64,000 bases of DNA from Acidimicrobiales bacterium (lineage in GTDB: Bacteria > Actinomycetota > Acidimicrobiia > Acidimicrobiales > GCA-2861595): contig DATLCN010000035.1 of the NCBI GenBank assembly GCA_035526335.1, forward strand, positions 39,824 through 103,823. The letters run 5' to 3'. This document shows, one piece after another, positions 62,341 through 64,000 of the stretch. Position 1 is the first letter of the stretch, and each line of letters begins with the position of its first letter. The position numbers and the translations under genes are program-made. The notes under the pieces were generated by a model, which saw only the letters and a program-made list of their open reading frames with translations, was not told the origin of the DNA and ran no database searches.

Positions 62341-63627
62341 GTGGCGGCTGACGGGCACAGGGCTGTCGCCCGGTACCTGCGCCGGCAGGTCGCCCCCCAT
62401 TCGCCGTACTACCGCCGTATGTGGGGCGACGAGGAGGACGGGTCGCGGCCGAGATCGCTCGAGGATCTCTCCCGGCTTCCCCTCCTGAGGCTGTCGGAGA
62501 TCGACGATCCCGCTGAGTTCGTGCTCCGTCCCGACTGGACCAGCATCGACGCCGGCGACCAGCGCTTCGCCATGCGTCTGGCCTTAACCGGTTTCGCACG
62601 GCGCCGGCAGCGCCGGGCCGAGCGTCTGGTCGCCCACCGCTACAAGCCCGTGCACTGGACGATCGACGCCGGCACACCAGTGGGGTCGTCGTCGGCGGAT
62701 CTGGGTCGCCTGGCCCGGCTGGGCGCCCGCTGGCTGGACCTCGCCGGCGTCGGACCGGCGGACGTGCTCGTGGGGGTGTCACCACCAGGCCCGCATCTCG
62801 CCTTCTGGCAGCTGGTGACCGGTGCACGTGAAGCCGGCGTCTCCGCCGTGCATCTCCCCCCGCCGGCGGCGGCCGAGGAGGTGTCGCGGCTGTGCCCGAC
62901 CGTTCTGGCCGGGCGGCCCTTCGACCTGGCACGTCTGCTCGCATCTGCCCGCGCCGATGGCCATCGCCTCACGTCGGTGCGCACGCTCCTGGCCCTGGGC
63001 GAGCCGCTCGAAGACGGGGTGCGGGCGAAGCTGCTCCAGCTGCTGGAGCTGGCGCCGGAGGCCGCGGTGGTGGGTGCCTGGGCACCGCCAGGCGTCCGGG
63101 CCCTGTGGGGAGAGTGCCGCCAAGGATCGAGCGGCCAGCACCCCCGTGCCGGGCTGCACACGTGGCCGGACGCCGAGGTGCTCGAGGTGATTGACCCGCT
63201 GTCGGGGACCGCCGCGCCACCGGGTGCCGACGGTGAGGTGGTGTGGACGGCAGTCGGCTGGAGCGGCTCCGTCTTCGTGCGCCTCCGTACCGGCGTCTTC
63301 GCCACCATCGACACCGGCGCCTGCCCCGCCTGCCGGATGTCCGGCCCGCGCCTCTCGATCGTCTCCGACACGCCGGCCTTCCTGACCGCCCTCGACCGGC
63401 ACCCCGAGGTCATGGGCTGGCAGGCTGAGCTGCGCACGGTGGCAGGCCGCGAGGAGCTGCTCGTGTTCATGTCGTTGGCGCCGGCGGCCGCCGGCGGGGA
63501 GGGTGTCCTTCGGGAACTGGACTCGCAACTGTCGGCGACCCAGTACGTCGTGGTCGACGCACAGACCCTCGACTCCCGCATGGCCGCCCACGACGACAGG
63601 CGGGTGATCGACCTCCGCCGGCGCTGA
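62341..63627 (+). CDS. PaaK / coenzyme-F390-synthetase-like adenylate-forming-family protein, possibly degenerate
   Basis: 428 aa with 'HSPYYRRMWG...SLEDLSRLPLLRLSEI' at the N-terminus and 'ACPACRMSGPRL' plus 'DDRRVIDLRR' at the C-terminus. The expected SSGTTG-type P-loop is not evident. Confidence 0.68.
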   Translation: MAADGHRAVARYLRRQVAPHSPYYRRMWGDEEDGSRPRSLEDLSRLPLLRLSEIDDPAEFVLRPDWTSIDAGDQRFAMRLALTGFARRRQRRAERLVAHRYKPVHWTIDAGTPVGSSSADLGRLARLGARWLDLAGVGPADVLVGVSPPGPHLAFWQLVTGAREAGVSAVHLPPPAAAEEVSRLCPTVLAGRPFDLARLLASARADGHRLTSVRTLLALGEPLEDGVRAKLLQLLELAPEAAVVGAWAPPGVRALWGECRQGSSGQHPRAGLHTWPDAEVLEVIDPLSGTAAPPGADGEVVWTAVGWSGSVFVRLRTGVFATIDTGACPACRMSGPRLSIVSDTPAFLTALDRHPEVMGWQAELRTVAGREELLVFMSLAPAAAGGEGVLRELDSQLSATQYVVVDAQTLDSRMAAHDDRRVIDLRRR

Positions 63628-63751
63628 CCAGCGGTGGCGGCAGGCGGTACCTCGGCCGGAGATCACCTCCGCCTGTCGCCCCGCGCCCGCCGCCGGCACC
63701 GCGGCCCTCCTACCGCCGGCAACGGGGCCGGTCGCAGCCGCCGTAGCCTTG

Positions 63752-64000
63752 ATGACCGTGACCGTCTACCTCGACCACGCCGCAACCACGCCGCTGCGGG
63801 CAGAGGTTCTCGACGCCATGATGCCGTTCTTCACCACCGACTTCGGCAATCCCTCGGGTTCCCACGCCGTCTCCCGGGCTGCCCGCAAGGCGGTCGACGA
63901 GTCCCGTGACGTCGTCGCCGAGTGCCTGGGCTGCCAACCCGGGGAGGTCATATTCACCGGCACCGGCACCGAGGCCGACAATCTCGCCGTCACCGGCTCG
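63752..64000 (+). CDS. cysteine desulfurase (NifS/IscS family), 5' part only
   Basis: 'MTVTVYLDHAATTPLRAEVLDAMMPFFTTDFGNPSGSHAVSRAARKAVDESRDVVAECLGC...VIFTGTGTEADNLAV'. The frame runs off the window end. Confidence 0.88.
   Translation, partial: MTVTVYLDHAATTPLRAEVLDAMMPFFTTDFGNPSGSHAVSRAARKAVDESRDVVAECLGCQPGEVIFTGTGTEADNLAVTGS

Overview
This is a very GC-rich window, probably from an Actinomycetota chromosome, with dense, mostly plus-strand operons and frequent ATGA/GTGA start-stop overlaps. As far as I recall the gene order, the backbone matches the Mycobacterium tuberculosis Rv1292-Rv1328 region. It runs argS / lysA-hom-thrC-[2 genes]-rho-rpmE-[1 gene]-prfA-prmC-tsaC-[LMW-PTP-rpiB-glyA]-wecA-atpZ/I-atpBEFHAGDC, then murA and glgP / glgE-treS-pep2-glgB.

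Accessory genes sit between these blocks:
- an RsbQ/RsbP-like hydrolase and PAS-PP2C pair
- PsiE and PPOX genes
- two intact VapBC modules and one decayed VapC remnant
- tRNA-Arg(CCG)
- a secreted protein and an orphan receiver
- FIST plus a PAS-GGDEF-EAL protein
- beta-PGM plus GH65
- a 2H phosphoesterase, glpX, a C-terminal J-domain protein and an alpha/beta hydrolase
- an MFS transporter, an M20 peptidase, Nfu, GH57/DUF3536, a PaaK-like protein, and the start of a cysteine desulfurase

I found no rRNA, CRISPR array, transposase or integrase.

Observations most worth a second look:
1. Methanogen-type cyclic-2,3-diphosphoglycerate genes (synthetase plus 2-phosphoglycerate kinase) occupy the slot where thrB normally lies. 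They are translationally coupled to rho.
2. A GC-rich structured repeat family fills the atpA-atpG spacer. There it is open in one frame as a coupled 60-codon micro-ORF. It recurs as an in-frame insertion in the central loop of the MFS gene.
3. An A/T-rich 47-nt near-perfect palindrome is embedded in-frame in the alpha/beta-hydrolase gene.
4. The ATP-synthase subunits carry lineage-specific extensions: an alpha C-tail built from a 12-nt tandem repeat, a b-subunit N-extension and a gamma C-tail.
5. Two genes (lysA and the LMW-PTP) have conserved N-termini that lie upstream of any canonical start codon.

All family assignments come from reading motifs by eye, with no searches run. Start codons are often uncertain because the ORF track reports the longest ATG/GTG/TTG ORF. 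Repeat identities are eyeball estimates.
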